NCBI GenBank assembly: GCA_963699755.1
Contig: CAVOVB010000001.1
Span: 512,001 to 576,000, forward strand
From: an uncultured delta proteobacterium
GTDB lineage: Bacteria > Myxococcota_A > Polyangia > Polyangiales > Houyiibacteriaceae
Length of the DNA stretch: 64,000 nucleotides
Direction: 5' to 3'
Shown: one piece after another, positions 29,501-39,087 of the stretch
How positions within the stretch are numbered: the stretch's first letter is position 1
Layout: every line of letters begins with the position of its first letter
Notes under the pieces: generated by a model
The model's input: the letters and a program-made list of their open reading frames with translations, nothing else
Database searches by the model: none
Told to the model about the DNA's origin: nothing
Program-made: the position numbers and the translations under genes

Positions 29501-29831
29501 CACCGATGCCGCGAATCCCGGTTCGGTCTCCGGCGCTTGCAGCGACGGCATCGACAACGACGGCGATGGTGCCATCGACCTTGCTGACAATGGCTGCGCC
29601 ACTGCGGCACAGAACATCGAGAACCCACAATGCGAGGATGGCTACGACAACGACGGCGACGGCCTGGCGGATTTCGGCAGCGACACCGACTGCGACAGTT
29701 TCGATGACAACATCGAGCGCGCTTGCAGCATCATCGCGGCGGGTGTCGGCGGCTCCCAGAACGGCATGGCCTGGCTGTTCGTGCCAGCACTGCTCCTATG
29801 GCGGCGCCGGCGTCGCCAACGAGTGGCCTGA
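26598..29831 (+). CDS. Secreted YncE/YVTN beta-propeller plus diheme cytochrome c protein with Ca-binding repeats and MYXO-CTERM-like tail
   Basis: Signal peptide, propeller repeats (VVNHLSDSVSIVD, LTRFDNSISVID), CSSCH and CEGCH, DGIDNDGDG repeats, ACS..hydrophobic..RRRRR terminus. Confidence 0.8.
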   Translation: MNRCIFARCWVSLLLAAAMIVAITPWRSASAQPGFTAFETGPVRPLAKWNNVFVAVNTPDNRLEVFQALSGGLDPRRGAQVGLEPCAVAITSDGSQAWVVNHLSDSVSIVDLSLARVVRTLLVGDEPRDIVMADPDGEGPLAERAFITTAHRGQHRTDPSIIGVPGAGDPELTAPSVPRADVWVFDTENPGAGVGGVPLEIVELFSDTPRALAVSSDGSSVYAAAFHSGNQTAVVNEGPVCNGFGTSPCSGDGIISPNGLSGGQLPGGNPGPSQNAAGDNAPETGLVVKFHQPSGQWRDEGGRNWSNGIRFFLPDFDVFEIDSTTLDETTAFSGVGTVNFNMVVNPVNGNVYVSNTDAQNLTRFEGPGIFGGSTVQGNLHQARITVLEGSSVSPVHLNNHINYNILPAPPGTKAHSLATPLEMVVSSDGATLYVAAFGSSKVGVIPTAALDNGTFDPTTESGNYIPVSGGGPSGLVLDETYELLYVLTRFDNSISVIDLLTDTEVNHFPLHNPEPPSVVEGRPLLYDSNLTSSNGEASCSSCHVFGDFDSLAWDLGNPDDIVTTNPLVVNLGAFVSFFPGGLGATINGTGNVQDFHPMKGPMTTQTLRGLATSGAMHWRGDRSNGFFGISTNDEDLAFRNFIGAFNGLVGDTVPPNDPTRQADMQRFADFMLQVRLPPNPIRNLDNSLTSAQQRGLDFFDGSTGQLSDGSSVSPGVTGFTCEGCHRLDPSQGFFGTGTFASFENEPQIMKIPHLRNLYQKVGMFGMPNVDFNLPGDGSHRGEQVRGTGFLHDGSTDTVFRFLTADVFRNPGLVFNDPNVGFDGGNPQRRDVEALMLAFDSDLAPIVGQQVTLTSSNLADVINRITLLEQRAGTAFTSAVLGGTVTECDLVVHGYVAGLPRSFLYDPGSNTYEWDSAAQAPITPAALRAFANTAKQELTYTCAPPGSGVRMALDRDGDGVFNRDEVLAATDAANPGSVSGACSDGIDNDGDGAIDLADNGCATAAQNIENPQCEDGYDNDGDGLADFGSDTDCDSFDDNIERACSIIAAGVGGSQNGMAWLFVPALLLWRRRRRQRVA

Positions 29832-29919
29832 GCAAGCTCCCGGTCACTCTTTCGTCCTGTGTATTCGGATGCATGAAGCCATGGGGGCCGAAGGTTGACG
29901 AGCTTGCCGCGCACTGCGC

Positions 29920-31389
29920 TCAAGTGCCACAGAAAGTAGTGTACCGACCGAACGACGCCGGAGCGGGTTGCGCAAACGCGCTGTGCTCCGGTCTTTCGAC
30001 GAAGGGATCCGAGAGCACGTCGAGCAGCGTGTTGAACGGCTTCAGGTTGCCCCCAATCGCAGCGGCGAGTGCTGCTTCGACTTTGTGGTTTCGCGGAATG
30101 TAGACGGGGTTGATCCGGTCCATCTCAGCCGCGATGTCGATGCTCGTGCCTGCTTCCAACTTCATGCGCGCAAGCCACCGCTGCACCCATTCGCGCGCGT
30201 CGTCGTGATCGGCGAAAAGAGACATCGTGACCAGATCGCTGCCCCGGACCAGGTCCGAGAGCCGTCGAAAAAGAGTCGTGAAGTCTACCGCGTGCCTTTG
30301 TGCCAATGCGAGCAGAGAGCGAATCAGCTCCTCATCACCGGCTCGACTGCGCTGGAGGCCGATCTTCCGGCCCATTCCCCTGACCCATCGTGTTTGGAGC
30401 TCCTCCTCGTACTGCGCGAGCACGGTCTGGCAAAGCGCGACCGCTTCGTCTGGATCCTCGGAGATCAATGGCAGCAGGGACTCTGCGAAACGCGCGAGGT
30501 TCCATTTTCCGATGGCGGGTTGATTGCCGTACGCATAGCGGCCGTGGTGATCGATCGAGCTGAAAACTGTATCGGGATCATATGCTTCCATGAACGCGCA
30601 GGGCCCGTAATCGATGGTTTCGCCGGAAATGCTGACATTGTCCGTGTTCATCACACCGTGCACGAACCCTATGAGCATCCATTTGGCCACGAGCCTCGCT
30701 TGCGCGATGGCAACTTCCCACAGGAGCCGCAGAGCCGGGCTCTGCGCATCCAGGTGCTGCGGGTAATGCCGCGCGATGGTGTACTCGGTGAGTCTCAGAA
30801 GCTTTGCCATGTCGCCACGAACTGCGAAGAACTGAAAGGTGCCGATCCGGATATGGCTTGCCGCCACTCGGGTAAGAACCGCTCCAGGCAAGCTGGCATC
30901 TCGCACGACCGTCTCCCCCGTCCTGACAGCTGCAAGCGCGCGTGTGGTCTCGACGCCGAGGTGATGCATCGCTTCGCCCATCAGATACTCGCGGAGCACA
31001 GGACCAAGCGTCGCTCGTCCGTCGCCTCCCCGCGAGAACGGGGTGCGGCCGGCTCCCTTCAGCTGAATGTCTCGTCGATCTCCAACGGAGTCCAAGACCT
31101 CTCCGAGCAACAGGGCCCGGCCGTCTCCCAGCTGCGGAGAGAGTTGGCCGAACTGATGACCCGCGTACGCCTGGGCCAAGGGCATCGCGCCCGGCGGAAC
31201 GACGGTTCCGGAAAACACAGAGGCCGCCAAGTGCCGTACGCGATCGACGTCGAGCGCGAGCTCCTGCGCAAGGGCCTCATTGAAGACGAGGAGCTCCGCA
31301 TCCGGGAAACCCGCGGGTTCTACAGGCACGTAGAGTCCATCGAGCCGGTCGGCGTAGCTGTTGTCAAAGTCGAACAGAGCAGCGGTCAC
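29920..31389 (-). CDS. selO: Protein adenylyltransferase SelO/YdiU
   Basis: YAGHQFG, LGDGRA, QLKGAG.TPFSR.GDGRA, HGVMNTDN, IDYGP, C-terminal TFCGT. Confidence 0.95.
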   Translation of the reverse strand: MTAALFDFDNSYADRLDGLYVPVEPAGFPDAELLVFNEALAQELALDVDRVRHLAASVFSGTVVPPGAMPLAQAYAGHQFGQLSPQLGDGRALLLGEVLDSVGDRRDIQLKGAGRTPFSRGGDGRATLGPVLREYLMGEAMHHLGVETTRALAAVRTGETVVRDASLPGAVLTRVAASHIRIGTFQFFAVRGDMAKLLRLTEYTIARHYPQHLDAQSPALRLLWEVAIAQARLVAKWMLIGFVHGVMNTDNVSISGETIDYGPCAFMEAYDPDTVFSSIDHHGRYAYGNQPAIGKWNLARFAESLLPLISEDPDEAVALCQTVLAQYEEELQTRWVRGMGRKIGLQRSRAGDEELIRSLLALAQRHAVDFTTLFRRLSDLVRGSDLVTMSLFADHDDAREWVQRWLARMKLEAGTSIDIAAEMDRINPVYIPRNHKVEAALAAAIGGNLKPFNTLLDVLSDPFVERPEHSAFAQPAPASFGRYTTFCGT

Positions 31390-31547
31390 GAGCTCTTCCT
31401 GCTTTTCGACCCGCCCGCTCGCGAAGGCGGCTGCTTCAGTGCGTTCGAAGAGACTCTTGCATCTCGGACCGACCGTCTGCGATCGCGCGACATGTACCGA
31501 CCTCCGTTGGATTGTTCGACGAAAGCAGTATGCTCGCGGAGAGACGA

Positions 31548-31846
31548 ATGCGCGACCGGGTCCCCGATCTCTTGTATGTGCTGAACCTGTCGCTGCTCAC
31601 GACGCATCAGGTCGATGCCGCGTTTTGGCACGTATCGGACCTGTTTGGGGTATCGGGGGGCTTCCATTCTTTGGCGTAAGCGCGTTGACGGTGATCATTC
31701 ACGCGGCGTTCTTGTTCGTGGACCAAGTGGCGTTCTGGGCTCCTGTGTTTATCGCGATCTTCACCGCGCTCGCGGGAAGCAGACAACGACCCAAAGCCGC
31801 ACTTCCACCCGAATCAATCGCCGTGGCAGTGCCGGCGAGGGTTTGA
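31548..31846 (+). pseudogene. Frameshifted small membrane protein gene (DUF6713-like)
   Basis: RBS GGAGAG, MRDRVPDLLYVLNLSLLTTHQVDAAFWH..LFGVSG; 1-nt shift in the G6 run at 31655-31660; continues LPFF..IIHAAFL. Confidence 0.55.
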
Positions 31847-31857
31847 GGGATGTTGCC

Positions 31858-33411
31858 TCAGAGACGCTCCTGCTTGCGGCCGTCCTTGTGAAGGACGGCG
31901 TACAAATCCTTGCGCCGATCCGGCCAGGGTCGCACGGCACCGGTGCCTTCGGTGCGTCGAAGAAGCGCGAGGTCGAGGTCGTGAATGATCATCGTCTCGG
32001 CATTGGGTGTGCCCTCGGAGGCGACGCCGTCACGGGCGAACGGCACATCGGACGGAGTGAGAATCGACGCCTGGCCGTAATGGATGTCTGCACCTTCGAC
32101 GTGCGGAAGGTTGCCAATCGCACCCGCCATCACGACGTAGATGTGGTTCTCGATGGCCCGCGCTTGGGCGCATGCGCGCGCGCGAATGTGGGCGGACCGG
32201 ATATCGGTGTTGTAGGGGACGAAGAGCACATCGGCCCCCTTGGCCTTGACGATTCGCACCCACTCCGGAAACTCGACATCATAACAGATCGCGATCGCGA
32301 TCTTGCCGCGATCGGTTTCAAACACCGAGATTTCTCGACCGGCGCTGACACCCCACCAGCGAACCTCGGCGGGCGTCACGTGAGTCTTGTACTGCTTGTC
32401 GATGCGGCCGTCGCGATGAAATAGATAGGCGATGTTATAGAGGCGCTTCTTTTCGACAGCGAGATGGGTTCCAGCGATGATGTTGATGTTGTATTGGATC
32501 GCCATGTCCGAGAAGAATGAAATGTACTTCTCGGTGAACTGATCGAGGGCTCGTGCCGAGAGCGCGGGGCTCGAACGGGATACCAAGGCGAGCAACTGAG
32601 TCGTCAATAGCTCGGGAAAGAGCAGAAAATCCGCCCGATAGTCCGCCGCCGTGTCGATGAAGAATTCGCAGTGGGTCGCGAAGTCGTCGAAGCTGCTGAC
32701 GGGGCGCATCTGGTACTGCACAGCGGCAACGCGCATGGCTGCGGCGGCCCGTCGCCTTGGGTCCGGCGGGACGAACGACGGGTTTCGCCATTCCATCAGG
32801 ACCGCATGGCCCCGCGACTCCGTGTCACTCGGAAGATAGTTCTCAAGGACTTCTCGTACGACGAATCCGTTCGCGATTTGCGCGAGAATCACAGGGTCTC
32901 GGATCTCTTTCCGAAGCACTCGGGCGAGGTATTCCTGCGGTGACATTTCGCTTGCGTACCGGCCGTACCTCGGCATACGGCCTCCAAAGATGATACCCCG
33001 AAGATTGAGCCGTCGTGCGAGCTCCTTGCGCTCGTCGTAGATCCGACGAGCGAATCTTTGGCCGCGAAAATCTGGATGGACCGCAATGTCGATTCCGTAG
33101 AGGGTGTCACCGTCTGGATCGTGCGTGCGGATCATGCCGCCTTCACATACGTCATCGTACGAATGGTGCTCGGGCATGTCGTCCAGATTGACGATGAGCG
33201 AAGCAGAGGTCGCGACGACATGCCCATCGACCTCGACGCAGAGTTGCCCTTCGGGAAACCTCTCGAGCTGGCTCACGAACTGGTTCAGATCCCAGGACTC
33301 GAGCTGCGGATATGCGCCCCGGTGCACCCGCTGCACGTCGCGAAAATCAGCCTTCTTGAGCTGCCGGACGACGACCCGGGGCTTTGCACGTAAAGGAGGG
33401 TCACTTGGCAT
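31858..33411 (-). CDS. Bifunctional GNAT acetyltransferase / carbon-nitrogen hydrolase
   Basis: FPEGQL, LYGIDIAVHPDFRG, GGRMPRY; nitrilase triad FPE, QYKTH, ICYDVEFPE. Confidence 0.9.
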   Translation of the reverse strand: MPSDPPLRAKPRVVVRQLKKADFRDVQRVHRGAYPQLESWDLNQFVSQLERFPEGQLCVEVDGHVVATSASLIVNLDDMPEHHSYDDVCEGGMIRTHDPDGDTLYGIDIAVHPDFRGQRFARRIYDERKELARRLNLRGIIFGGRMPRYGRYASEMSPQEYLARVLRKEIRDPVILAQIANGFVVREVLENYLPSDTESRGHAVLMEWRNPSFVPPDPRRRAAAAMRVAAVQYQMRPVSSFDDFATHCEFFIDTAADYRADFLLFPELLTTQLLALVSRSSPALSARALDQFTEKYISFFSDMAIQYNINIIAGTHLAVEKKRLYNIAYLFHRDGRIDKQYKTHVTPAEVRWWGVSAGREISVFETDRGKIAIAICYDVEFPEWVRIVKAKGADVLFVPYNTDIRSAHIRARACAQARAIENHIYVVMAGAIGNLPHVEGADIHYGQASILTPSDVPFARDGVASEGTPNAETMIIHDLDLALLRRTEGTGAVRPWPDRRKDLYAVLHKDGRKQERL

Positions 33412-33549
33412 GCCCGACGCTAGCAGGCGGCCGGGGGCGCGCCACTGGCGTTGCCCGCGCGCGAAGAGCTCTTCTTCCGGTTCCGAGGAACCTTTCCAAG
33501 GCACCTCACAGCCCCGAACGCCCGCTACCTAGCGGGCAGGGCGGGGTTG

Positions 33550-35160
33550 CTAGCGAGTTCGGACGACTTTGACCGGTTCTCTCGGCGCGATCTGGTAGAG
33601 GTCCGGTCGGCGATCCCGAAGCGGACGGACGCTTCCTAGCTCCCGGACTTGCTCGAGCGCGCCCAGGTCCAGGTCACTGATGACGACCGTCTCCGTGTTG
33701 AAGTCGGCCTTCGCTGCAATGGCATCGGGCGGGAAGGCGAAGTCGCTCGGCGTGCAGATGATCGCCTCACCGTAGTTGATGAGGAAGTTGTCGACCTGGG
33801 GCAGGTTTCCGACGTTCCCCGAGAGAACCACGTAAACCATGTTTTCGACGGCGCGGGCCTGACTGCTGTACCGGACGCGGAGATAGGCTTTGCGCTCGTC
33901 GGTGCTAAACGGAACGAAGAGGACCTCGGCGCCGGCCAGTGTCAAGATTCGAGCAAGCTCGGGGAACTCGACGTCATAGCAAACCAGGATCGCGATCCGG
34001 GCATGGCCGGTATCGAAGATGTGAAGCCCATTGCCGGGTTGGATCCCGTACTCCGCTCGCTCGTTTGGCGTAATGTGAAGCTTGGATTGCGTGTAGACAT
34101 TGCCCGATGGCGTGAAGAGATGGGCGACGTTCAACATCTCACCGTCGACGACGACTGGATGCGAACCTCCGATGATGAAGATGCCGCTCTTCTTGGCGCG
34201 CTTCACGAACATTTCCTTATATCGGTCGGCCATCGCTGCCAGCTCCCTCACGGCTTCGAGCGGCTGCATCGTGATGGGCATCATGCTGAAGAGCTGCGCG
34301 GTGAAGAGCTCAGGGAAACAGAGGAAATGGCTGTTGTACTGCTCGGCGGTCGAGACGAAGAAATCAACCTGTTGCTCGAACTCTTCCCACGAGGAAATCC
34401 TCCTCATCTCGTACTGGGCGGCACAAACCCGAATGCGGCGAACGGGTCGCTTGAGTGGTGCCCCTGCGATCCTGCGCCTCTCGGGGCTGAAGTTGGGGTT
34501 TACGTACTCGAGGAAGGTTGCATAGTCGAGACTCTGCTCGTCCCGGGCGTAGCCCATGTGCACGGATCGGACCTTGTATCCGGCATGTAGGTGCGCGTTG
34601 AGTGAAGGGTCTCGGAGCTCGCCGCGAATGACGCGGGCGACGTACTCCTCTGCCGTGATGCTCCCCGCGTGCTCCCGGTAACCGGGAATGCGACCACCAG
34701 CGACCATTCTGCGAAGATTGAACCGCCGAAGGATCCGCTTGCGCGCCGCGTAGAGCTTCTTCGAGATCCCCCGGCCTCGGAAGTCGGGATGAACGGCGAT
34801 GTCAGCGCCATAGAGGGTGTCCCCGCTTGGACTGTGCGTGCTGAAGGTGCCGTTCCCGGTTATCTCGCCCCAGGAGTACCAGGGTGAGTCGTCGTCGAGC
34901 TGAACGATGAGCGAGCTGGCATAGCCAACCACGTTGCCTTCGAACACGGCGACGAGCTGTCCGTCCGGAAAGGCTTCGATCTCGAATTGGAGCTCCCGGG
35001 CAGCCGGCAAGGTCTGGGGCGAAACCTGAGGATAGGCTGCGAGCTCGCATGCATAGATCCCCGGGATGTCCTCGAGGGTGGCACGGCGAACGGTGACACC
35101 GGATGGTTTACCCTTCTTCTTGACCGGAGGGGCTCTGTGTTCTTGATTGGGGGGGCTCAT
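33550..35160 (-). CDS. Bifunctional GNAT acetyltransferase / carbon-nitrogen hydrolase (second paralog)
   Basis: FPDGQL, LYGADIAVHPDFRGRG, GGRIPGY; FPE, QSKLH, VCYDVEFPE. Confidence 0.9.
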   Translation of the reverse strand: MSPPNQEHRAPPVKKKGKPSGVTVRRATLEDIPGIYACELAAYPQVSPQTLPAARELQFEIEAFPDGQLVAVFEGNVVGYASSLIVQLDDDSPWYSWGEITGNGTFSTHSPSGDTLYGADIAVHPDFRGRGISKKLYAARKRILRRFNLRRMVAGGRIPGYREHAGSITAEEYVARVIRGELRDPSLNAHLHAGYKVRSVHMGYARDEQSLDYATFLEYVNPNFSPERRRIAGAPLKRPVRRIRVCAAQYEMRRISSWEEFEQQVDFFVSTAEQYNSHFLCFPELFTAQLFSMMPITMQPLEAVRELAAMADRYKEMFVKRAKKSGIFIIGGSHPVVVDGEMLNVAHLFTPSGNVYTQSKLHITPNERAEYGIQPGNGLHIFDTGHARIAILVCYDVEFPELARILTLAGAEVLFVPFSTDERKAYLRVRYSSQARAVENMVYVVLSGNVGNLPQVDNFLINYGEAIICTPSDFAFPPDAIAAKADFNTETVVISDLDLGALEQVRELGSVRPLRDRRPDLYQIAPREPVKVVRTR

Positions 35161-35362
35161 GGGATGCCGCGTTAGCACAATCCGGTCCAACCCACGCATC
35201 GAATCGTGAGCGCTTCCACCCGGGGCGCTCAGGCGGGGCCGAATCCATGGCGGCGCGCGACCCCGGCGCACTCAGTGGCTACGTCCGTCTCAGGTCAGCG
35301 AGCCTTCCTTGCGGCAGTCGGGTTCCCGAGGTCAACCCGATCCAGTACCTCGCTGCCCTTAC

Positions 35363-35670
35363 TCACTGCACGACGATCGTATTTCTGCAACCAACCACGA
35401 CGTTGAGCCTTGCTCTGTCACCGGCCGCGCTCACTTCATCGCAGGTGTTTTCGCACAGGTAGATCTCCGTCGGCGCGCTAGGAACGTCGTAGTACCAGGC
35501 CAGCTGACCGGAGGCGAATTCCCGGCCGCATGCTCACAGTCAGTGCCCATGCTCGCCGCACGATCGAGGACGAGATAGACGTCGAGAGGACTGCCCTCCA
35601 GCTGTTGTTCATGGACGATACCAGTGCGGCCGCCAAAGCCGCCGTCCGCGCTGCCAGCGCCCGAAAATCG
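35363..35670 (-). pseudogene. Internally deleted remnant of a myxobacterial vWA-domain surface protein
   Basis: PLDVYLVLDRAASMGTDC (degenerate MIDAS) joined out of frame to AWYYDVPSAPTEIYLCENTCDEV..VVVGCRNTIVVQ*. Confidence 0.6.
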
Positions 35671-35767
35671 TCAATTACCCCAATTGTACCATGAGAATAA
35701 GTCCAGCCAGTTCCTGAGCCGTCTCCAAATCACCTGCCCCGTTGCTGCTTATCGTAGTCCTGACTGC

Positions 35768-37286
35768 CTAGCGAGCGTGAAACACGTCGTCAGCGAGCTC
35801 GTCGGCGATCTCGGTGTTCCGACGAATGATCTCTGCCAAGGTCTTGCCTTCGACCTCCATCCGCTGAGTGTCGGAGAGGGTCTTGGTGTACCAGTAGCGG
35901 TCCCCATCGCGGAGCCATTCGAACTGCCGCTTGATCACCGCGACCATGAGCTCGCCCACATGGCCGCCGTCTACGGCGTCCTCGGCAAGCGCCCCCACCC
36001 AAAGATCCATGTCATCCGCGGTGTCGTAGACCGCGCCAAGGCGCGCCTGTGTGATGGCATCGGAGGTCACCTCGGGGAACGACGCGGCCTGCGCGAGCCC
36101 CATGGAGGCACGGACGGCATTGTAGTGTGGAAGCCCATGGTCGCGACCGCGCTGTGCCCATAGCGATAGATCGCTGTCGAGAACACGTTCGCGATCCTCG
36201 GGGCGAGTTTCGCGTCATACCCGCGAGAAGGGGCGAGAGCGTTCGGACCCAGCAGCGCCGGAAGGTATTAACGGTAGGTGATAGCTTGGATCTCTGCGCC
36301 AACCATCTGCCGGGCCTGCTCGTAGATCTCGTCTCCCGAGAGGCTTCGGTTTCGCCTGCCGATCTGAGTAGCCAAGCGGTTGTGCTCTCGCACGAACAAG
36401 GTGTGCAGCGCGGTCAGCCCGACTTGCTCAGTGGCTCGCAGATCGCCGGCGAGAAAGAGCATTGGTGAGTCGCCGTCGGCGTTCGGAAGCCCCGATTCGT
36501 TGAACGGAAGAAGGTTCCCGGCGCTGACCGCGAGCTTCCCGGAGCCGTCATTGGTGCGAAGTGCGGCGGCACGTTCGTAGTCCGAGCCATACACGTTGGA
36601 ACCGTCGATCCAGTGTGTGATCTCGTTGAGTTGCTGCCGAGGATTCGCGTTACTCGTCCCTGTGTCGGGGTCGTAGATCGATCGATTGAAGTCGATGACC
36701 TTCGTTCCCGTCGAGAGCGGATGGAAGAAGGGGTCGCCCGTTGGGACGGGGATGGGGCCGGTTCGGGAGGGTCCGTGCCATCGGTCAGATCGATGTCACC
36801 GTCGAGAAACTGGCCGCACTGCGGAAGAAAATCACTAGGACCGAGGGAATCGGGGTGCGTCTCCAACTGTGCACGCACCGCATTGCTCACTTCCCGTGGC
36901 GATGGTCGGCTGAGGCTGGGCATCGCTGAAATCCCTTCTTCGTACTCTGGCGACATCCAACGATTGAGCCGAGGATCCATGGCTCCGAGGTTTTCATCGC
37001 TTTCGTTGTTGCCGGTTCCGTCGATGCTCCGAAACGCCCGATTCCGCCTTTCGCGCTGATCGTGCGTCGCGCGTCGGTGGTCACCCGGGCGGCCATCCAG
37101 GCGATCATTTGAGCGGCGTATGCCCAGGGACATCGATACCACATTTGAGACGCCTTCCACCCCTAAGCGCCGCACATCGCCAATGTGGCCCTCCGCAGCG
37201 CATGCACTCGCAGCGAAAGCGAGGAGAATGCCACGCGCGAGCATAGGCCCCGTAGTTCTTGCTCGGTTCTCGTTTTGACTTTGCAT
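35768..37286 (-). pseudogene. Animal heme peroxidase (peroxinectin-like) lipoprotein, frameshifted and internally deleted
   Basis: Collinear fragments in different frames: FRSIDGTGNN, PSPREVSN, GQFLDGDID, IDGSNVYGS, FLAGDLRATEQ..HTLFVREHNR, GRDHGLP, DLWVGALAE, LRDGDRYWY. Confidence 0.85.
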
Positions 37287-37944
37287 ATTCTCTTCCAATC
37301 GGTTCCTGCTTCGACTGTGCGGGCTGCTCCAGCTTCAGCCGCACGAGATTGTTCAGAAACGCGAGCAAGTGGCTCTGTTCCTGTTCCGATAGACGGACGA
37401 AAGCCGTCCGTGAGTGCCGAACTTCGGTGCTGCCGCTGTCGACCACGTTGTCTGGCTGATCGCGAGTCAGGTCGAACCAGATTGGGTCGGCGGGGTCGAC
37501 GCCAACGGAGATTGGATCCTGCCCGGCTGGGAATCCGTCGTCCCGAAAGAACATATTCAGGCTGGGCTCACTGAAGATCGGATCCTCGAGCACCAGCGCG
37601 GGCGTATTGCAGCTCATGCACTCGGCTTGCTCGAACAACGCTTCGCCACGCGCGATCGCTTCGCGCTCTTCGGAGCCAAGCTGTTCGAGCCCAGCGTCCG
37701 CCAACTCCAACTTGGTGACGGGACGAGGCTGCGCAGCCAAGTAGATCGCGAGCGCAGTCCGATCGCCAAAGCCAAATTCGTTGACGACGCCGTCTCCGTC
37801 CCCGTCGACGCCATCACCGACGATCTCCACGCCTGCATTCCTATTTCACCATGACTTGCATCACGATTGAACGCGAGTACCGACGCGAAGTTGCCTTTCC
37901 ACTGAAGAGGCTTCACGACGAAATCGCTGTCGACGCCATCGAGG
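37105..37944 (-). pseudogene. 3' remnant of a di-heme oxidoreductase-like (DHOR/putative peroxidase) gene, truncated by IS481
   Basis: VKPLQWKG..RDASHGEIGMQA, frameshift, DGDGDGVVNE, GEALFEQAECMSCN (CxxCH with His lost), LLAFLNNL; original 3' end probably near 37300. Confidence 0.65.
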
Positions 37945-38956
37945 TGTGAAATCCCAGGACAAGGGTGACAACTCGGCTCTCCTCGGCGACAAGCCCGAAG
38001 GAAGAGAGTTGGATGACGAAGGCAGAGCAGGTTCGGCTTGCGCGATGGCGGATGAAAGTTCTCCGGCACGCTCCAGACACAACACAGAATGTTTCGCAAA
38101 CGAGTCGGTATTTCGGGGTTTCTCGGAAGACCTTCTACAAGTGGAAGGCTCGCCATGAGGAACACCCGGAGATCGGGGTGTGTGACCGGTCACGTGCTCC
38201 GCATCGCTCTGCAAATGCGACGCCGGCGAATGTGATTGCAAAGATTCTCTATTTGCGGAAGAAGTACCACTTCGGGCCCGAGCGGATTGCCTGCTATTTG
38301 CAGCGTTTTCATCAAGTCTCGATTGCGGTCTCGTCGGTTCATCGCATTCTTTGCCGACACGGGCTCAACCGCCTCGCAGCAAGTCAGAAGTACCGACGTC
38401 ACAAGCAGCGCTGGAAGCGCTGCGCGAAGCAGCCAGGTCACCACCTGCAAGTCGATGTGAAGTTTCTCGAGCGCATTCCAGGAACACGAAAGCGCTTCTA
38501 TCAGTTTACGGCCATCGACGATTGCACCCGCATACGGGTCCTCAAGATTTACGACGCATGCAATCAGAAGACAGCCATTGAGTTCATCGACGAGGTGATG
38601 CGACGGCTGCCTTTTCGGGTGCTCGTCGTCCAAACGGACAACGGTGCGGAGTTTCAATCGAATTTTCGCTGGCACCTCGAGGACCTTGACGTCCCGCACG
38701 TCTACATTCGACCGCGAACCCCCCGCTCAATGGCAAGGTAGAGCGGTCCCATCGAATCGACGACGAGGAGTTTTACCAGCTCTTGGAAGACGGCCCCGTT
38801 CGCGAGAGCATCTACCTGTTCAATAAGAAACTGCGCCAGTGGGAAGACTACTACAACTTCCATCGGCCACACGGCGCGCTCGATGGACAGACCCCCTACG
38901 AACGTCTATCGCAGAAAACGAGAGTCGAGGCGTCACCGAGCCCCTGAGAGACTACA
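37945..38956 (+). mobile_element. IS481 family insertion sequence (about 1012 bp)
   Basis: TGT...ACA ends; imperfect 25-bp terminal inverted repeats TGTGAAATCCCAGGACAAGGGTGAC / GTCACCGAGCCCCTGAGAGACTACA; no target duplication visible. Confidence 0.85.
38013..38947 (+). pseudogene. IS481 transposase (rve integrase core), frameshifted
   Basis: HTH (GVSRKTFYKW), QVDVKF, AIDDCTR, QTDNGAEF; 1-nt loss near 38727 separates RPRTPR from NGKVERSHRID..YNFHRPHGALDGQTPYE. Confidence 0.85.
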
Positions 38957-38968
38957 CGTAATCCCTAG

Positions 38969-39042
38969 TCGGGGCGACTGGATTCGAACCAGCGACCTCA
39001 TGCTCCCAAAGCATGCGCACTACCAGGCTGTGCTACACCCCG
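38969..39042 (-). tRNA. tRNA-Pro(TGG), CCA not encoded
   Basis: CGGGGTGTAGCACAGCCTGGTAGTGCGCATGCTTTGGGAGCATGAGGTCGCTGGTTCGAATCCAGTCGCCCCGA folds to a cloverleaf; followed by CTA. Confidence 0.96.
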
Positions 39043-39087
39043 TGACCTTGTTACTACTGCGGTCTGGCGGCTTGGGGTAGCCGATGG

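Noticed and set aside
29920..29940. Selenocysteine recoding in SelO
   Set aside because: C-terminus is TFCGT with ordinary Cys; the TGA is at the usual end.
37939..38962. Target-site duplication around IS481
   Set aside because: Left and right flanks differ.
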